NCBI GenBank assembly: GCA_030295235.1
Contig: AP026131.1
Span: 372,001 to 436,000 of the forward strand
DNA: 64,000 nucleotides
Source of the DNA: Fistulifera solaris
Lineage: Eukaryota
Direction: 5' to 3'
In this document: in pieces, positions 47,918 through 60,498 of the stretch
Layout of the letters: every line of letters starts with the position of its first letter
Numbering within the stretch: position 1 is the first letter of the stretch
Notes under the pieces: generated by a model
What the model was told of the DNA's origin: nothing
Databases searched by the model: none
The model's input: the letters and a program-made list of their open reading frames with translations, nothing else
Position numbers and translations under genes: made by a program

Positions 47918-50900
47918 ATGTCGTTTTTAAGCTCTGGAATGGCAGGAGACATTTGGTCTACCGGTGCGTTCTCATTCGAATCCCCGCTCAAGGATTTACT
48001 TGACTCTGGCGACTACACGACCGAACAGCTTTTAGCAGAAGATGAATTACTTCAAGAAATAAGAGGGCTTCATCCTCAGCTTATCAGCTTTTTCTCTACA
48101 CCAGAAGCTGTAACGAAACTCGTTCGTTACGTTATACTTCCGTCGGAAGAGTCTCAAACAAACGATGGAAATGGGAAAAGACAAACCGAAAGGACCCTGG
48201 AGATTGGCTGAAAGAGCATTTGGATAAGAACGAAAACGATTCCAAAATGCCTGAAAATGATCCGGAGATCAAGCATGTACGCTTCCCCTACATGGCATGT
48301 GAAATTATCTGTTGCGAAATAGATTCCATCATAGACGTCCTCGTGGACGGCAAAGTGGCAACGGAAGAACAAAAGCTGATAGAAAATCAGCCATCGAAGG
48401 TCAACGACGAAACGAGCACTGATGATGCATCTAGCGACATGCGTATATTAGACTTGCTGTTCTCTTTACTTTATGACACCAAATCGGGAGAGCTTGATGA
48501 TTATCGAGCGGGGTATTTTGACAAGATTCTGACCGTACTCTTTCGTAAGCGGCCGGAAGATCTTGTAAACTTCATCAACGAGGGAGGAGCATCGGGTACC
48601 CACGCACTTATGGAATCTGTATTTTCTCATCTATATTCTCATTCGATCATGCAAATTGCTCAAAGGCTTATGCTACCAAAAGGCCGACGCCCCCACAGCC
48701 CCCCTCCCGAAGATAATGGAGCGGAAATTATTGCGGAAGAACACCAGCTAGAAGATGATTTGGCCGTCTACTGCAACTGGTCACAGTCGAATGATGCGTT
48801 AAACATGTTGCTAAATATACTGACTGATCCAAAGCCACCGTCAGCTCCAATGAGCAAAGAAGAAAATGATGAGTTCAAATTGGATATGTCTTTGAACGCG
48901 TCAGAAGTGCTCATCACGGTTATTCAGAATTCCATGCTTAGCTCTGAAACTATGCTCTCGTTAACGAAATCCGAAACTATCAAGAGACTGGTCCTTGCGG
49001 CGACCACAATTCGGTGTGAAGATGGGGAAGAGTCATTCTTTAGCCCCCATGAATCCCTCTTGACATCAGCAATGAATGTATTAGAAAGTCTGATATTACA
49101 GCTCGGTGGTTACGGAGCCGTGGGAACTATGTTCCTGCTTCCGGAAGAAGAAGGAGGGCAGCTGATGGAAGGTGCGGTTTCTGAAGATCATCAGCATTTG
49201 ATTGCTGACCTGGAATCCGTTCTTGAACACCTCCCTCTTTGCTATCAGAAATGTCTAATCTTCTACGGCATCCGTCGACTAAGAAATGGCGATCGTTCAT
49301 GCAATTTTCTCGGTCTGAACCGCAACCTTTACTTGGCAACTCTCGTCTTCGGATTGTAAGAGTGCTCGAGTCGCTTGTCCTTCTTGGAGACGCCGAGGTC
49401 GACGCGATGTTAGTTCAGTCGGATTGCTTAGAAATATGTCTAAATCTCTTCTGGGATTTCCAATGGTGTTCAATGCTGCACCAATCGGTCGCCAACTTAT
49501 TGGTTCACGTTTTCGAAGGTCACAACGCACGTTTTGCTATGCAAGAATACTTTTGATTAAATGCAATCTACTCGGTAGGTTGATGGAGTCGTTCATGGAA
49601 CTGCAAGAGGAAGACAAGGTTTCAGAGGTGGTATCGAATTTGGAAAACATCAATGTTGCGGGGACTGCGGGGAGAGTGACAAGAGCATCACGAATGATCC
49701 ACTGCTGGTGTCAGAAGATGATGTCGAAGCAGCAATCGAGAAACAAGAGCTGGAAGACGAATCTTCTTCCTCTACTAAACAAATCCTTTTTTCGAATGTG
49801 GAAGAACTATCTACAAATGCTGTCCAGCTAGAACGTCGCGATACATCAACTATTGGTGCAGCTGCCCCGTCACAGTCGTTCCGTTTTGGCTATATGGGCC
49901 ACGTAATTATCATTTGTCAAGCTCTGGTTCATGCATGTGCCACCGAAGTAGAATCAGAGGAGCAGATGCTTATGCAAAATGGTGGCTCGCCGGAAAGCCC
50001 ACCACCTGAAGAGACCGAGCCCCTCCTGTTGGCGGAGCTCGTTGCGAACCATGCTTTATCTGAAAGATGGACTGAGTTCATATCAACAACCTTAGCTTCA
50101 GAAACAGTGATACAGTCGACCCCACTTGGTGGCTATGGTTCAGGACAGGATCCTTTGCACGCGCATCGTCCAGGTCTAGCAGATGATGATGACATCGATG
50201 ACGATAATATGGGACCGCCGGTGCCGCCAAGAGGGATTGGGGGATTTGATATGGATGAAAATGATTTGGACATAGCGGCGAGTATAATGTCTGGCTTTTC
50301 CTTATCACAACATCGCAGGGACGGTGATGCCGGGTCGAACGACGCTGGTTCATTGGGGTCGGGCGATTCGGAAAGGTCATACAATTCGGGAGAAACGGCT
50401 AGCGAACGAAGTGGCTATGCGTTCGATGATCCGTTAGGAAAGGCTGGGTCACTTGGCATCGAACTGGGGAAGCTAACGAAATACAAGGAGAGCTCCGGTC
50501 AAACGTCGAAAGATTCAGGAAGTGGCTATGCGTTCGATGATCCGTTGGGAAAGGCTGGGTCACTTGGCATCGAACTAGGGAAGCTAACGAAATACAAGGA
50601 GAGCTCCGGTCAAACGTCGAAAGATTCAGGCGATGTAGAGGACGACGACACGTCGTCTGGTTCGTCGTCTGACGATGAACAGATTTCTGGAGAAGGCTCT
50701 GATGAAGTTCCTGTCATGGATCTTTTGCTGGGAACTTTGACTACAACCAGACCGATGAAGATGTAGCAAAGCAACCGCAAGTTGCTGAGTTTACTGATTT
50801 CGCCAAATTTGATGAAGTTGACGAAGATTTTGGTGAATTTGTTGAGGCAGCCCCACCAACATCTCAAGAAACAGAAAGTTCATCATCAAGTCCAGAAGAT

Positions 50901-51044
50901 ATCTTTGACAAGGGCGACCATGCAGAATTGCTTGAGACTGAAATCGTCGAGGATAACGTTGACAAAATGAGTAGTGAAAGCGATGAATTAGGCCATGCTT
51001 CAGGTGAAACGACGCACGTGGAAATCAAGGGAACGGACAACTAA
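47918..51044 (+). CDS. SIT4/PP6-associated (SAPS) regulatory subunit; several frameshifts
   Basis: LLAEDELLQE, RFPYMACEI, LLGNSRLRIV, FWDFQWCSMLH and GYMGHV motifs; acidic tail. Confidence 0.85.
50410..50631 (+). repeat. In-frame 111-bp tandem duplication within the SAPS gene
   Basis: SGYAFDDPLGKAGSLGIELGKLTKYKESSGQTSKDSG occurs twice (50410 and 50521) with two synonymous differences. Confidence 0.95.
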
Positions 51045-51308
51045 GATACGATAAAGTCTTTCACTTTATTTCGTAACGACCTTTTACTTGTTCTATTATC
51101 ATCGTCGACCAGCATCGCTGAGTTTGCGCCATCTTAGTTATTTCACTGACACCCGCTGTTCTACTACATCTTCAATGCAAGTATTTGGTAGCGGCAAAAG
51201 CAAAGTTTTCTTACATACATTATTCATATATGTTTTCTATAGGAGCGTACTCCGTTTCAAAAGTGGAGTCTTGCAAGGTCACGCGGTGGTAGACTTCTGA
51301 CCCCAAAA

Positions 51309-52880
51309 TTAGCAAGATGAGACAAAGAGATTGAGACCGTCGATGACTGGTCCATAGTTAAAATCCGGTATATTCATATCGTAAAAGTGCATACAGAGAA
51401 CGGAGACAATAATTCCAGCGCTCACCCCGCGGTACATTACTTTGGTTGCGCCGGCGTTGACAATCTTGTCGACCGCCACTCCCACCAAAACGACCGAAGT
51501 CACGTGAATGATAACCAGAAGCAAAGAATAGTCACAAAAGCACTCTCCGGATATTTGGATTCTTGATCTGTTTCAGAAAGACGACCAACGAAGCATCGTA
51601 CACCATCCGAATAATTCTCGCTAAATTGCGTCGAAGGATATTGCTCCGTCCAGTCGCCGTGCGCACCTAGCCCCTGCAATACAAATAAAAGAGGTGACAT
51701 GACAGATGCTACAATGAACTGAAATGTCGCCAGCAGCAGATTCAAGTAGTTCATATTGACCGGTTGCTTGTATTGTAAAAAATACGTGTTCTTTATAAAG
51801 CTGTGTGAAGACGGGGATGAGCACATAAATGTAATAATACTATGACACAAAACAAAGTCGAACATACCGTTACGATAGCAGCAGGGACGCAGCTCGAGAC
51901 ATATAACAAGGTGTTAATAGCGGTCCTTGTTGGAATCGAATCGGCGTACATGAATTCGTTGGGGTCAATCAGCGTAACAAAAGCCGGAAGGAGAGCAAAC
52001 ATGACGGCGAAAAATAAAATGAGTGATCCCCACACGTGTTCTTTGGCCAGACCTCCATAACCCGACACGGCTGTCCTCGGGGGTAAATCCGAATCTGCGG
52101 TACACGTCTCGTTGACGAGACTCGACAAGGCGCTGGTTGTTGGACTTCGCTCCGTCGACGATGTATGGCGTCCATCTGCCCCGTTACTTGTATTGCGAGC
52201 TCTACGGGTATCTTGATCGGACTTACGATTAAGTGAACACAGTCCATCCGGATGACCGAACTGAGTGAGAAAAGCTGTCAAGGGCAGTGTGAATTGTACC
52301 AAAATGACGGTCAAAGTGGGAGGAACACGGTAACCGGAAACAAAAACTAGTAGTATGCAAAGCGTGTCGAGGAGTGCCATGATACCCACATCAATCAAAG
52401 GTATTCCCAACTTGATTTTCGAACTGGGTGTTTTCAAAAGTATCCTGTCATGACGATAATTCCCAACAAGAGAGCGTGGGCGCCTGTGACGGCTTCTACG
52501 GTGAGAAGACGAAAGGGAGCGGTTCGGTCGACTAACAGCTTGAAAGTCGATCGTTCCCCAGCATACGAGAGGGCCAAAATGACGAACCAAAATAAGACAA
52601 CAAGATGATTGCGTCGTCTTTGATCGATAGAAAGCTCCATATCGGAATCCCAGAGGTTTTCAACATTTGCAATGATCCGTAACGAACTTTTCAGTCGATT
52701 CCAGACCCAATAAATGAAAGAAGATTGATTGCTTTGACTTTGATTGTCATGATCAATGTCGGATTCGTCTTGCCATTGATCATCTAACGTCTCATCGTAG
52801 GATTGCGTATCATAGCCATCCGTCTCGGAAGTAGCCCCGTAATTGCGTATTCGGGTGTCCAGTTGAGAATGTTCGTTCAT
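51309..52880 (-). CDS. CRT-like (CLT) drug/metabolite transporter; intron and frameshifts
   Basis: Multi-TM; VPPTLTVILVQFTLP, LYKE..F, LNLLLATFQF and DGVRCF fit the CRT-like family. The 3' end is approximate. Confidence 0.7.
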
Positions 52881-53566
52881 TCTCAAAAGAATTTGTTGCA
52901 GTAGCGGTAATTCTCACAACCCAGTAACTAGCAGAAAGACTATCGATTATCTCTTCGAGATTCGTATTACAGCTTGCTGTACTTCAGCATAGTCTGTTTG
53001 AGTTCTAAATTGTAGACGACACAAGGAAAATAATATGTTTTTCTCATTCCTTGTCAACACTCGTGGGTGCGTTTTATTGTTGTTGTTCTTCTTGCGGCGA
53101 TAAAACGAGCGACGTGTTCGCGAGACCGCGATTGGATAAAGATGTAGACGGTACTTTACAAGCGATACATAACCCAATACTCTTAACCAGGAAGTAAGTG
53201 TTGTAAACCGTTACGACATGTTTTGATGTGAGAAATTCTGGTTCGATAAAGATCTTCCTCCGCACCGCATTTTCTCGCTTTTACTGTACTGTATACGAAA
53301 AGGACGTGGCAAAGATCCAGTGTCACACCTACCACGGTATTTCTTTTAATTTTCGGTTGTACGTTACCCTTTACAAAGCTTAATAAGACGATGAGAGGAG
53401 CTGTTTGTTGAGGGGGAGAAAAGAAGAAGAAAGAAAGGTCGACAACACGGAATACTTGACTGAGAACATCGACGTTTTCGCCATGGATACAGGTGCGACG
53501 TTCGAGTATTAAAAGCCTTTTTTCTCTACAACATCTTACAAGATTTTCCTAACAGAATTCGGCTGG

Positions 53567-55186
53567 ATGCATGCTGTTATCAGTGTCGGGTTTCTTTTGC
53601 TCGTCGGTGTGCAACAATTTCATCTCCTAGTCCCTCCCGATCAATCATTACATCCACAATCACACGATCCCTGCCGCGAGAATTGCGGTTCCTTTCTCGG
53701 CCTCTTTCCCAAATACAAATTATGTCACGACAGTACATCTCAATCTTATTGTACAGCGTTTCCTCGCTGGCATCAAAGAGATCCTTTTGTATCTTGCGGT
53801 GACTGTCAGCTTGTCGAGGAGTCATCCACCGAATTATCATTGAATGGAGACCAGGATGAAAAAGGCATTCTCGTCGATTTTCACTGGGAAGATGCTTGTT
53901 CGGATTCGCCTTATGATTATGTGGGAACCTTAGTTTTTTGCGAGCAGGAAAACGGGACGTTTGGCTATCGATCCTGGAATGATGCGCTCCCTTGCGGCTC
54001 GTCATCACCGCTTCTACGATTGCGACCCGGTTTTGCGTATCAGTTGCGACTCATCAATGAGGCCAGCGAACCCACCAATTTACATCCGCACGGACTCTAT
54101 GTCTCGGGAGATGGGAATGCCGATGACATTACTCGCTACGCTGGACCCGGAGAATGTTTACTCTTCAATTGGACCCTCTCCGAGGATCACATGGATGGAA
54201 CCTTTCTATATCACGCGCATCGACACAACATTACCAATCATCAAGTCAGTGGAGGAGCCATCGGAATGCTGTTTGTCGATACGGCTACTCCGCAAACCCG
54301 ACCTTCATGGGTCGACCGTGAAAAGCTTTTATTTATAAAATCGTCCAAGGACGAAGATTTTGTCAACGGCATGCCCAAGCTGCATGTACCCTTGATAGCC
54401 AATACCTGGTATCGTTTCCGCATAGCCGTCGGAGATGCTCGGGGTAAATTGCGCAGCCTCCGTTTCGATCCAGAACAATGTGAGGTTCGTCTCGTGGCCG
54501 CCGATGGAGTTTGGCGCAGTCGCGGCGCGGCGGCCCCCGCGTTTCACTATGAGGTGACCGGATCGACTCGCATGGATTTGGCCGTGGCTTGTCAATCGTC
54601 CAGTGGTATCTGGTATCGTGTGAATTCGACGGACGATGCAGAACCTATCGTTGTATTGGACGTATCCGAAGGTCCTGCGGAACTCAATGCGCTAGAAGAA
54701 TGGATCCCCCCTCGACCTTCTCATTTGCAAAGTATAGCAAACTTGGACATGGACGATACTTGGAACATTACCATTTCGAAGGAAACTGGAATCAATGGCT
54801 ATCTATACGATCACGAACGACCCATTGAGACTTTTGAATTTGGTCAGTACCATCAATGGCGATTGTACAACACGGACCGCCATCCGTTCCATCTACACAT
54901 CTATCATATGCAAATTGTAACCCCGGGCGGATGCGGCAACATTTTTGAAGAGGGTGAATGGTACGACACAATCAGTGCCGATGCAGCTGTTACCGATCAC
55001 TGTACCGTCCGATTTCGTATGAACGCCTTTTCGGGACGAACCGTTTTGCACTGTCATCAGTTGAGCCACGAAGACTTGGGTGTGATGGTGTGGACGGACG
55101 TGATTGGGGGCCCCGACAATAGTTTTTTGCAGGTGGGGAGTCGAGAAACAGTGTTTTGCGAAATCTGTGCGCTGCTTTTAATTTAA
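53567..55186 (+). CDS. Multicopper oxidase with N-terminal signal/anchor
   Basis: All four copper motifs: TNLHPHG, FLYHAH, HPFHLH and HCHQLSHEDLGV. Confidence 0.92.
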   Translation: MHAVISVGFLLLVGVQQFHLLVPPDQSLHPQSHDPCRENCGSFLGLFPKYKLCHDSTSQSYCTAFPRWHQRDPFVSCGDCQLVEESSTELSLNGDQDEKGILVDFHWEDACSDSPYDYVGTLVFCEQENGTFGYRSWNDALPCGSSSPLLRLRPGFAYQLRLINEASEPTNLHPHGLYVSGDGNADDITRYAGPGECLLFNWTLSEDHMDGTFLYHAHRHNITNHQVSGGAIGMLFVDTATPQTRPSWVDREKLLFIKSSKDEDFVNGMPKLHVPLIANTWYRFRIAVGDARGKLRSLRFDPEQCEVRLVAADGVWRSRGAAAPAFHYEVTGSTRMDLAVACQSSSGIWYRVNSTDDAEPIVVLDVSEGPAELNALEEWIPPRPSHLQSIANLDMDDTWNITISKETGINGYLYDHERPIETFEFGQYHQWRLYNTDRHPFHLHIYHMQIVTPGGCGNIFEEGEWYDTISADAAVTDHCTVRFRMNAFSGRTVLHCHQLSHEDLGVMVWTDVIGGPDNSFLQVGSRETVFCEICALLLI

Positions 55187-55510
55187 CTTATTCATAAAGT
55201 TTTATTTTTGAAGTGTAACTTAACAAAAGGCGAGTATTGTTGGTGCAGTATTTTCGTTTAGATGATTAACGAGCATTATAGATCTATTCACGTTTCACGT
55301 TAGCCAGAGTTTAGTTCACGACTGGGCAGCGCACGACCTTCGCCCGTCCTTGTACGGCGATACGATGCGATGAACCTCGATGAAAAGCATGAAAAAAAAC
55401 ATCGCGCCACAAAACGCAATGAACACTTAGTCAAGATAAACATAGACTACTTGTAACTCCTCTCGCAATCAATTGTACTTTAAAGTTCATTCCTTTGTTC
55501 TCCTTTTAAA

Positions 55511-55916
55511 ATGAATGCGATTTTCCAGCAACTGAATTATACAATTCGACAGCGCGCAACGGATACAATCTGTTGGCTGCAGCAACAACGTCACATGTCC
55601 AAGTATTTGAGCAAGGCGGCTAAGAAGCGATTAGTGCTGACAACCAAACGTGCCCACAAAGGCTTCTACAAAGGAAATGGAGCAACTAAAGAAGGAAGAC
55701 TGACAAGCAAAGGGAAATTTATTGTCGACCCTTTAAGACGATTGGAGTTAGTAATTCCGGATTTGACAGGTTTCAAAGTACGTCCCAACGCATACATTAT
55801 TTTGTGATTCGTATATACTCTAATCGCTCATCTTCACTTCTCAGCTAAAGCCATACATTGCCCGAAGTGTCCCGAAAGTACCTCCTGAGCAGCAGCGAAA
55901 CCCCATCAGTCGCTAG
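55511..55916 (+). CDS. MRPL41: Mitochondrial ribosomal protein mL41; intron 55778-55845
   Basis: LTTKRAHKGFYKGNG...G.F...PDLTGFK|LKPY. Confidence 0.9.
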
Positions 55917-56234
55917 GCCTCGTGTCGAAACCAGGGTGAATAATGGTATATATGAAGCGTCTTAGGGAACCCGTTGGACAATGAAACAATTAAACACCAC
56001 CCATTATTCTAAAAAAATCCGAATTTGTGTTTAGAATTTACTTTTAGGTATGATGCTATTCAATGAATTGAAACCGACACTGTTGAGGCTTTAGTGATGG
56101 TCAAGTGCGATTGCAACAAGAGCAATTACAGTGATAACAATGCCATAAACAACAACTTCGGAAGCATCAAGAGCATTAAGCATATCATGAGACGAATTTG
56201 AAACAGAATTGCCCCTTTTAGGACTTGTTGTAGA

Positions 56235-56783
56235 TTTACGTTCCCAGAAAATCTGGGAGATTGGTATTTACACTGGTCCAGAAAATCTGGACGAAATGCC
56301 CTTTCACATTATCAGAAAATCTGGAAGATTGGTATTTACACTTGTCCAGAAATTCTGGACAAGTTGCATTATCAGATTCTCAGAAAATCTGGGAGAGTGG
56401 TATTTACCTGGTCCAGAAAATCTGGACCATATGTATTTTCACGTTCCCAGAAAATCTGGTTGATTGATATTTACACTGGTCCAGAAAATCTGGACCTTAT
56501 GTATTTTCACGCTCCCGGAAAATCTGGTTGATTGATATTTACTTTGGTCCAGAAAATCTGGACCATATGTATTTTCACGCTCCCAGAAAATCTGGTTGAT
56601 TGGTATTTACTCAGGTCCAGAAAATCTGGACCTTATGAATTGTCACGTTGACAGAAAAGCTGATAGACTGATATTTACTCTGGTCCAGAAAATCTGGACC
56701 GTATGTATTGTCACAATCCCAGAAAATCTGGTTGATTGATATTTAAACTGGTCCAGAAAATCTGGAGATGTTGCATTTTCACA
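56235..56783. repeat. Tandem array G, ~16 copies of a 34-bp CCAGAAAATCTGG unit with an alternating 68-bp dimer
   Basis: Dyad at 56244, 56278, 56312 and onward; linkers alternate TTGATTGATATTTACACTGGT and ACCATATGTATTTTCACGCTC. Confidence 0.95.
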
Positions 56784-56955
56784 GTTAACTACAATGCTGT
56801 CTGGTCGTCGCTCGTCATCGGCATCCTCGGCGCTCGGCGGCGCATCTTTTACGTCGCGTCGTTAAAAGACACAAAAATGGAGACGAGCTGTACGCTGTAC
56901 ACAACCTTTCATTTGAAGGTGCTCATTGACGATACACTTGCAAAACGTTTACACC

Positions 56956-57405
56956 ATGCTCGAGAAAGTCAAAGCAACTATAGGGAAGGCCTTGTCCGTA
57001 AATTCAAAACCCACGGAGGAGACGTTTTCTGAACTACCCGATGTTCTCATCTGGTTTCGTGCTGTTTTGGGTCTCACTTATGGCATATTCATGGGATTGA
57101 AGGGGATCCGCAGCGGACCAGCTTTGGTACAAGCTGTGAACCTTATTGTTTTTATCCCTTTCATGTACTCCCGTTTCTATCTTGGTGTTGAAATGGATCA
57201 TTTTGCGTCGCAAATTTATTTTTCGGGCACATTCAATGCCCTCGCGCTGTTCTTACTGATATGGATCTGTCTGTACACGGCGGAGCACGAAGAAGACGAA
57301 AATCAATTGGCGGCTTTATTAGTATCATCGAGCAAGGTCGGAGATTTAAGACCAGATGCCGCCGTCCCATTGATGGAGGCAGTTGCCGAAGAGTCCGAAT
57401 TTTAG
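56956..57405 (+). CDS. Rab5ip-family (RAB5IF/OPTI-like) membrane protein
   Basis: DVLIWFRAVLGL..G..G, and FNALALFLLIWICLYT. Confidence 0.75.
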   Translation: MLEKVKATIGKALSVNSKPTEETFSELPDVLIWFRAVLGLTYGIFMGLKGIRSGPALVQAVNLIVFIPFMYSRFYLGVEMDHFASQIYFSGTFNALALFLLIWICLYTAEHEEDENQLAALLVSSSKVGDLRPDAAVPLMEAVAEESEF

Positions 57406-57924
57406 AGAAGCACCGCGTCACTGATGAATAGATTATTATGGTGTCGTGGGTTAGCGCAGAAGATTGAGAATTTTTTAGAATATGCATGTGGCATCTTTAA
57501 TTTTGATAAACATGAGAGTAAACGTCTGTTCTCTACACACCACGTCACTTTGTAATGCTAGAAGAAATACAGGTACATTCCCCGTGATCATCATCTTCAG
57601 GAAAGAGGAAGTGGATGGTGAAGGTTAACTAGTGTATTCTCTTCAAGCCTTAGCAATTGTTCTAGCCTAAAGTAGCATTCTCTAGTATGCGACCATAACG
57701 GAGGACGGACAGACACAAGATACCGATTGCCATCCAACATCAATATTTATTCCTAATTTTCCAACAAAAATTCTTTATCGCTATTTGGCTATTATCCTGT
57801 TAATGGCAATAAATCGATATCAATAGTATCGATTACTCTCCTTTTTTCGAAATAACAGAACAATCTAAGTAGCAGAAGAAAATCCGAGCGGATTGTGCAG
57901 TTTGTCCGAGGAAAGTGTTAGAAA

Positions 57925-58757
57925 ATGCCGATCGAAGTTAACAAGAGTGCGTTTGCGGCGGTAGACGCTCTCTTCGGCAGCGAAGAACGATCCGAAACAA
58001 AGAAACAGCAGCAAAAGCCAGTCATTGAAACGTCACAAAGATTGGGAGTCGGAGCGAAGGCTACATCAAAGAATCCTGACCCTGTCTCGAGTACAATTCT
58101 TCAGGTCGGTCGCAAAAGGCAGCGGGAGAACGAAGGCCATGTAGAAGAAAGCTTGCTTGAAAGTGTAGCTCGTGATGATAGTGACGAAGAGGATTTAGGA
58201 AGAACAGCCATCGATTCAAACAATAAAGTTGTCGCTACTTCTTCGGCTGTAATTGTAGATTCGTCAACGAAGAAGCGAAAGAAGGGAAAGAAGGAGCGAG
58301 CATTGAGCAAGGCGAACGGAGAGCAAGGAGTAAAATCTGACAGCGCACAGCCAGACAACAATCTATCACAAGAGAATAGTTTGAAGCAGAACGAAGACGC
58401 GGAACAAGAATTGAAGGGCGGTAAAGCGTCGACAAAAGAAAGCGACGAAAAATTCGCAGTAAGCAAAAGAACATCTACAAAGATCAGCGTGAAAAGAAAC
58501 CGGAGCACCTTATCGTTGGTAGCAAGAACTACAAAGGTAGACCTCTGACAGCCGAGACACGCGCTAAATTGAACTTGCCAGCGACCAAATCCTCTTCGAA
58601 TCTAAGCTTTTCCGGGACGTGGACTGGAGAAGGTGCGAAAGCAAGCGAAGGCAAAACCGAAGAATCTCTTATCGTCGAAAAGAAAGAAGCTCGCCCGTCG
58701 AAAGAATCTTTGAAGAAAAAACCGTCCAAAAAGCCCAAATTTAAGAACTTGAAATGA
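57925..58757 (+). CDS. Lys-rich low-complexity hypothetical protein; frameshift near 58430
   Basis: RLGVGA motif; continues in the second frame ([16 protein letters not shown]...[14 protein letters not shown]) to TGA at 58757. Confidence 0.6.
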
Positions 58758-58784
58758 AGACCGGTAGTAAATAGAAATAGCTTT

Positions 58785-59207
58785 TTAGTCGAGTCCTGCA
58801 TCCGCTTCTCGTTCGAGCCGCTCTCGTAGTAATGCCACAATTGCTTTGTGTGTGCGGCGCTCGAGTTTCTGTAGTTTCGGAAGTATTTCTCGTTTCAGAT
58901 CAGCATTGATCTTCTTGGGTGCAGCGGCAACAACGTCCTCGTCTCCGCGAATTTCCGGTAGTTCTGCTTTCGCCATTTCTAATGCTTTTTCTAGGACGCT
59001 CTTTTCCTGACTGGTTGCTTTGATCCTCTTAGACGCAGGTTCGTCCGAAGTGATATCTAGGGTGGGATCGGATGGTGTGTAGTTGCGAAACTGTACAACG
59101 TTTCTTTCTTGATTGCTGTCATAGTTATTGGTCACCGATGGTTGTTTGTTTCGTCCAGCTTTTGCTGACAGAGCAGCCAGTCGCGCCTTCCGTTCGTCCA
59201 TGGTCAA
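58785..59207 (-). CDS. CCDC12: Cwf18/CCDC12 spliceosomal protein
   Basis: ERKARLAAL, FRNYTP and APKKINADLKR...KLERRT..AI..L.RERL. Confidence 0.88.
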   Translation of the reverse strand: MTMDERKARLAALSAKAGRNKQPSVTNNYDSNQERNVVQFRNYTPSDPTLDITSDEPASKRIKATSQEKSVLEKALEMAKAELPEIRGDEDVVAAAPKKINADLKREILPKLQKLERRTHKAIVALLRERLEREADAGLD

Positions 59208-59522
59208 GGTTGTCGTAAATTGTTTTTGTATGATTAACAGCCTAACGGTACTTGTAAAAGGAAGGAAATGATGTCAAAATGATTAGAGACGGTTTATAGT
59301 TGCGATTTGCGATGTGTGTGTGCGGTTTTTGCGATGCGGTTTTCGCACTGCATGCGATGCGCGGCCGCAATAAGTTTCTTTTGACAGACGCACCGGTTCT
59401 CATTCGCTTCATTTTTTCGATTATTTATTTTCGCATTGGCAGCAACAAAATATAGTCTAGTCATCATCTGCATGACAACACATGCTTCTTGCTGCAGACT
59501 CTTTTAATCATACATCAACCCG

Positions 59523-60380
59523 ATGAATATAATAACGTGGATAGCTCATGCCGAAGCGAATCATCCGAAGCATTTGAGCTGGAGGCATCCTTCCGCTGTC
59601 CTCATCGTGCACTATGGTGTTGTGTTTTCCGTCACTTTTTCACTTCATGATTGGATCTTCAATTCAAACCACGACGTCCCTGTTGAAGATTCAGCCGTCG
59701 CATGGAATGTGATACGGTTTGTTCTTGCTTATGCGACTTGGTTACTTGTCTGGAGACTACTCTTTTGCGAGCCAAGGGTCTTCCGTTCCTCTATACTTTA
59801 CGAGTACTGTTGGCTTTGTAACGTGACTCTCGTTCTCGGTGCCGTATCGCTCGCGTTACAGAGGCCCGCCATAACAGCAGCCTGCTGTGTCACTGTGGGT
59901 ATTGATCAGTTGCTCTGGTACGTCGACTTGCTGGTGTACTTTCTCTCCGGAAAATTCCCGATTGGCGTGGCCGGTTACTTGTTCTGGGAAAATACTTCCT
60001 GGTCGACTCGCATTACGTGCACGCATCATCTGTGGACCATTCCTCTCTTTTTATACGCTATTCGACGACTACCGACCGTCGCTTTGCCTCTGTCGGCTGT
60101 GATCATGGTGCTAAACGTCACGCTGAGTCGCTGCATGACGCCCGCGGCTATTGAAGTGGAATATAGGGAGAAAGGCACGGCGAAGTTGCTTCACAAATAT
60201 TTGAATGTGAATCTTTCTCATGCTCTCTGGAAGGATATCAAAATATCATGGCTGCAAATCAACTACGACAATCCTCCAGCGCTACTCTATTTGTGGCGGT
60301 TGTTGTGGCGATGGGAGGCATTCAACGTACTCGTTTTTGGAGTATTGCGTCTAATTTGCTACTTAGTATTTGGCAAATAA
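59523..60380 (+). CDS. Multi-pass membrane hypothetical protein
   Basis: Clean 285-aa ORF with ~7 hydrophobic segments; WLCN, DQLLW, HHLW and NVN motifs. Confidence 0.7.
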   Translation: MNIITWIAHAEANHPKHLSWRHPSAVLIVHYGVVFSVTFSLHDWIFNSNHDVPVEDSAVAWNVIRFVLAYATWLLVWRLLFCEPRVFRSSILYEYCWLCNVTLVLGAVSLALQRPAITAACCVTVGIDQLLWYVDLLVYFLSGKFPIGVAGYLFWENTSWSTRITCTHHLWTIPLFLYAIRRLPTVALPLSAVIMVLNVTLSRCMTPAAIEVEYREKGTAKLLHKYLNVNLSHALWKDIKISWLQINYDNPPALLYLWRLLWRWEAFNVLVFGVLRLICYLVFGK

Positions 60381-60498
60381 TGATAAATCAATAAAATCTA
60401 TTTATAAGCAGGAACACAAGCTGCCATAGTGGACCAACTCAATAACGACAACATCGATGCATCGACGTTACAACAAACAGTCGCAAATCGGTATGCAA

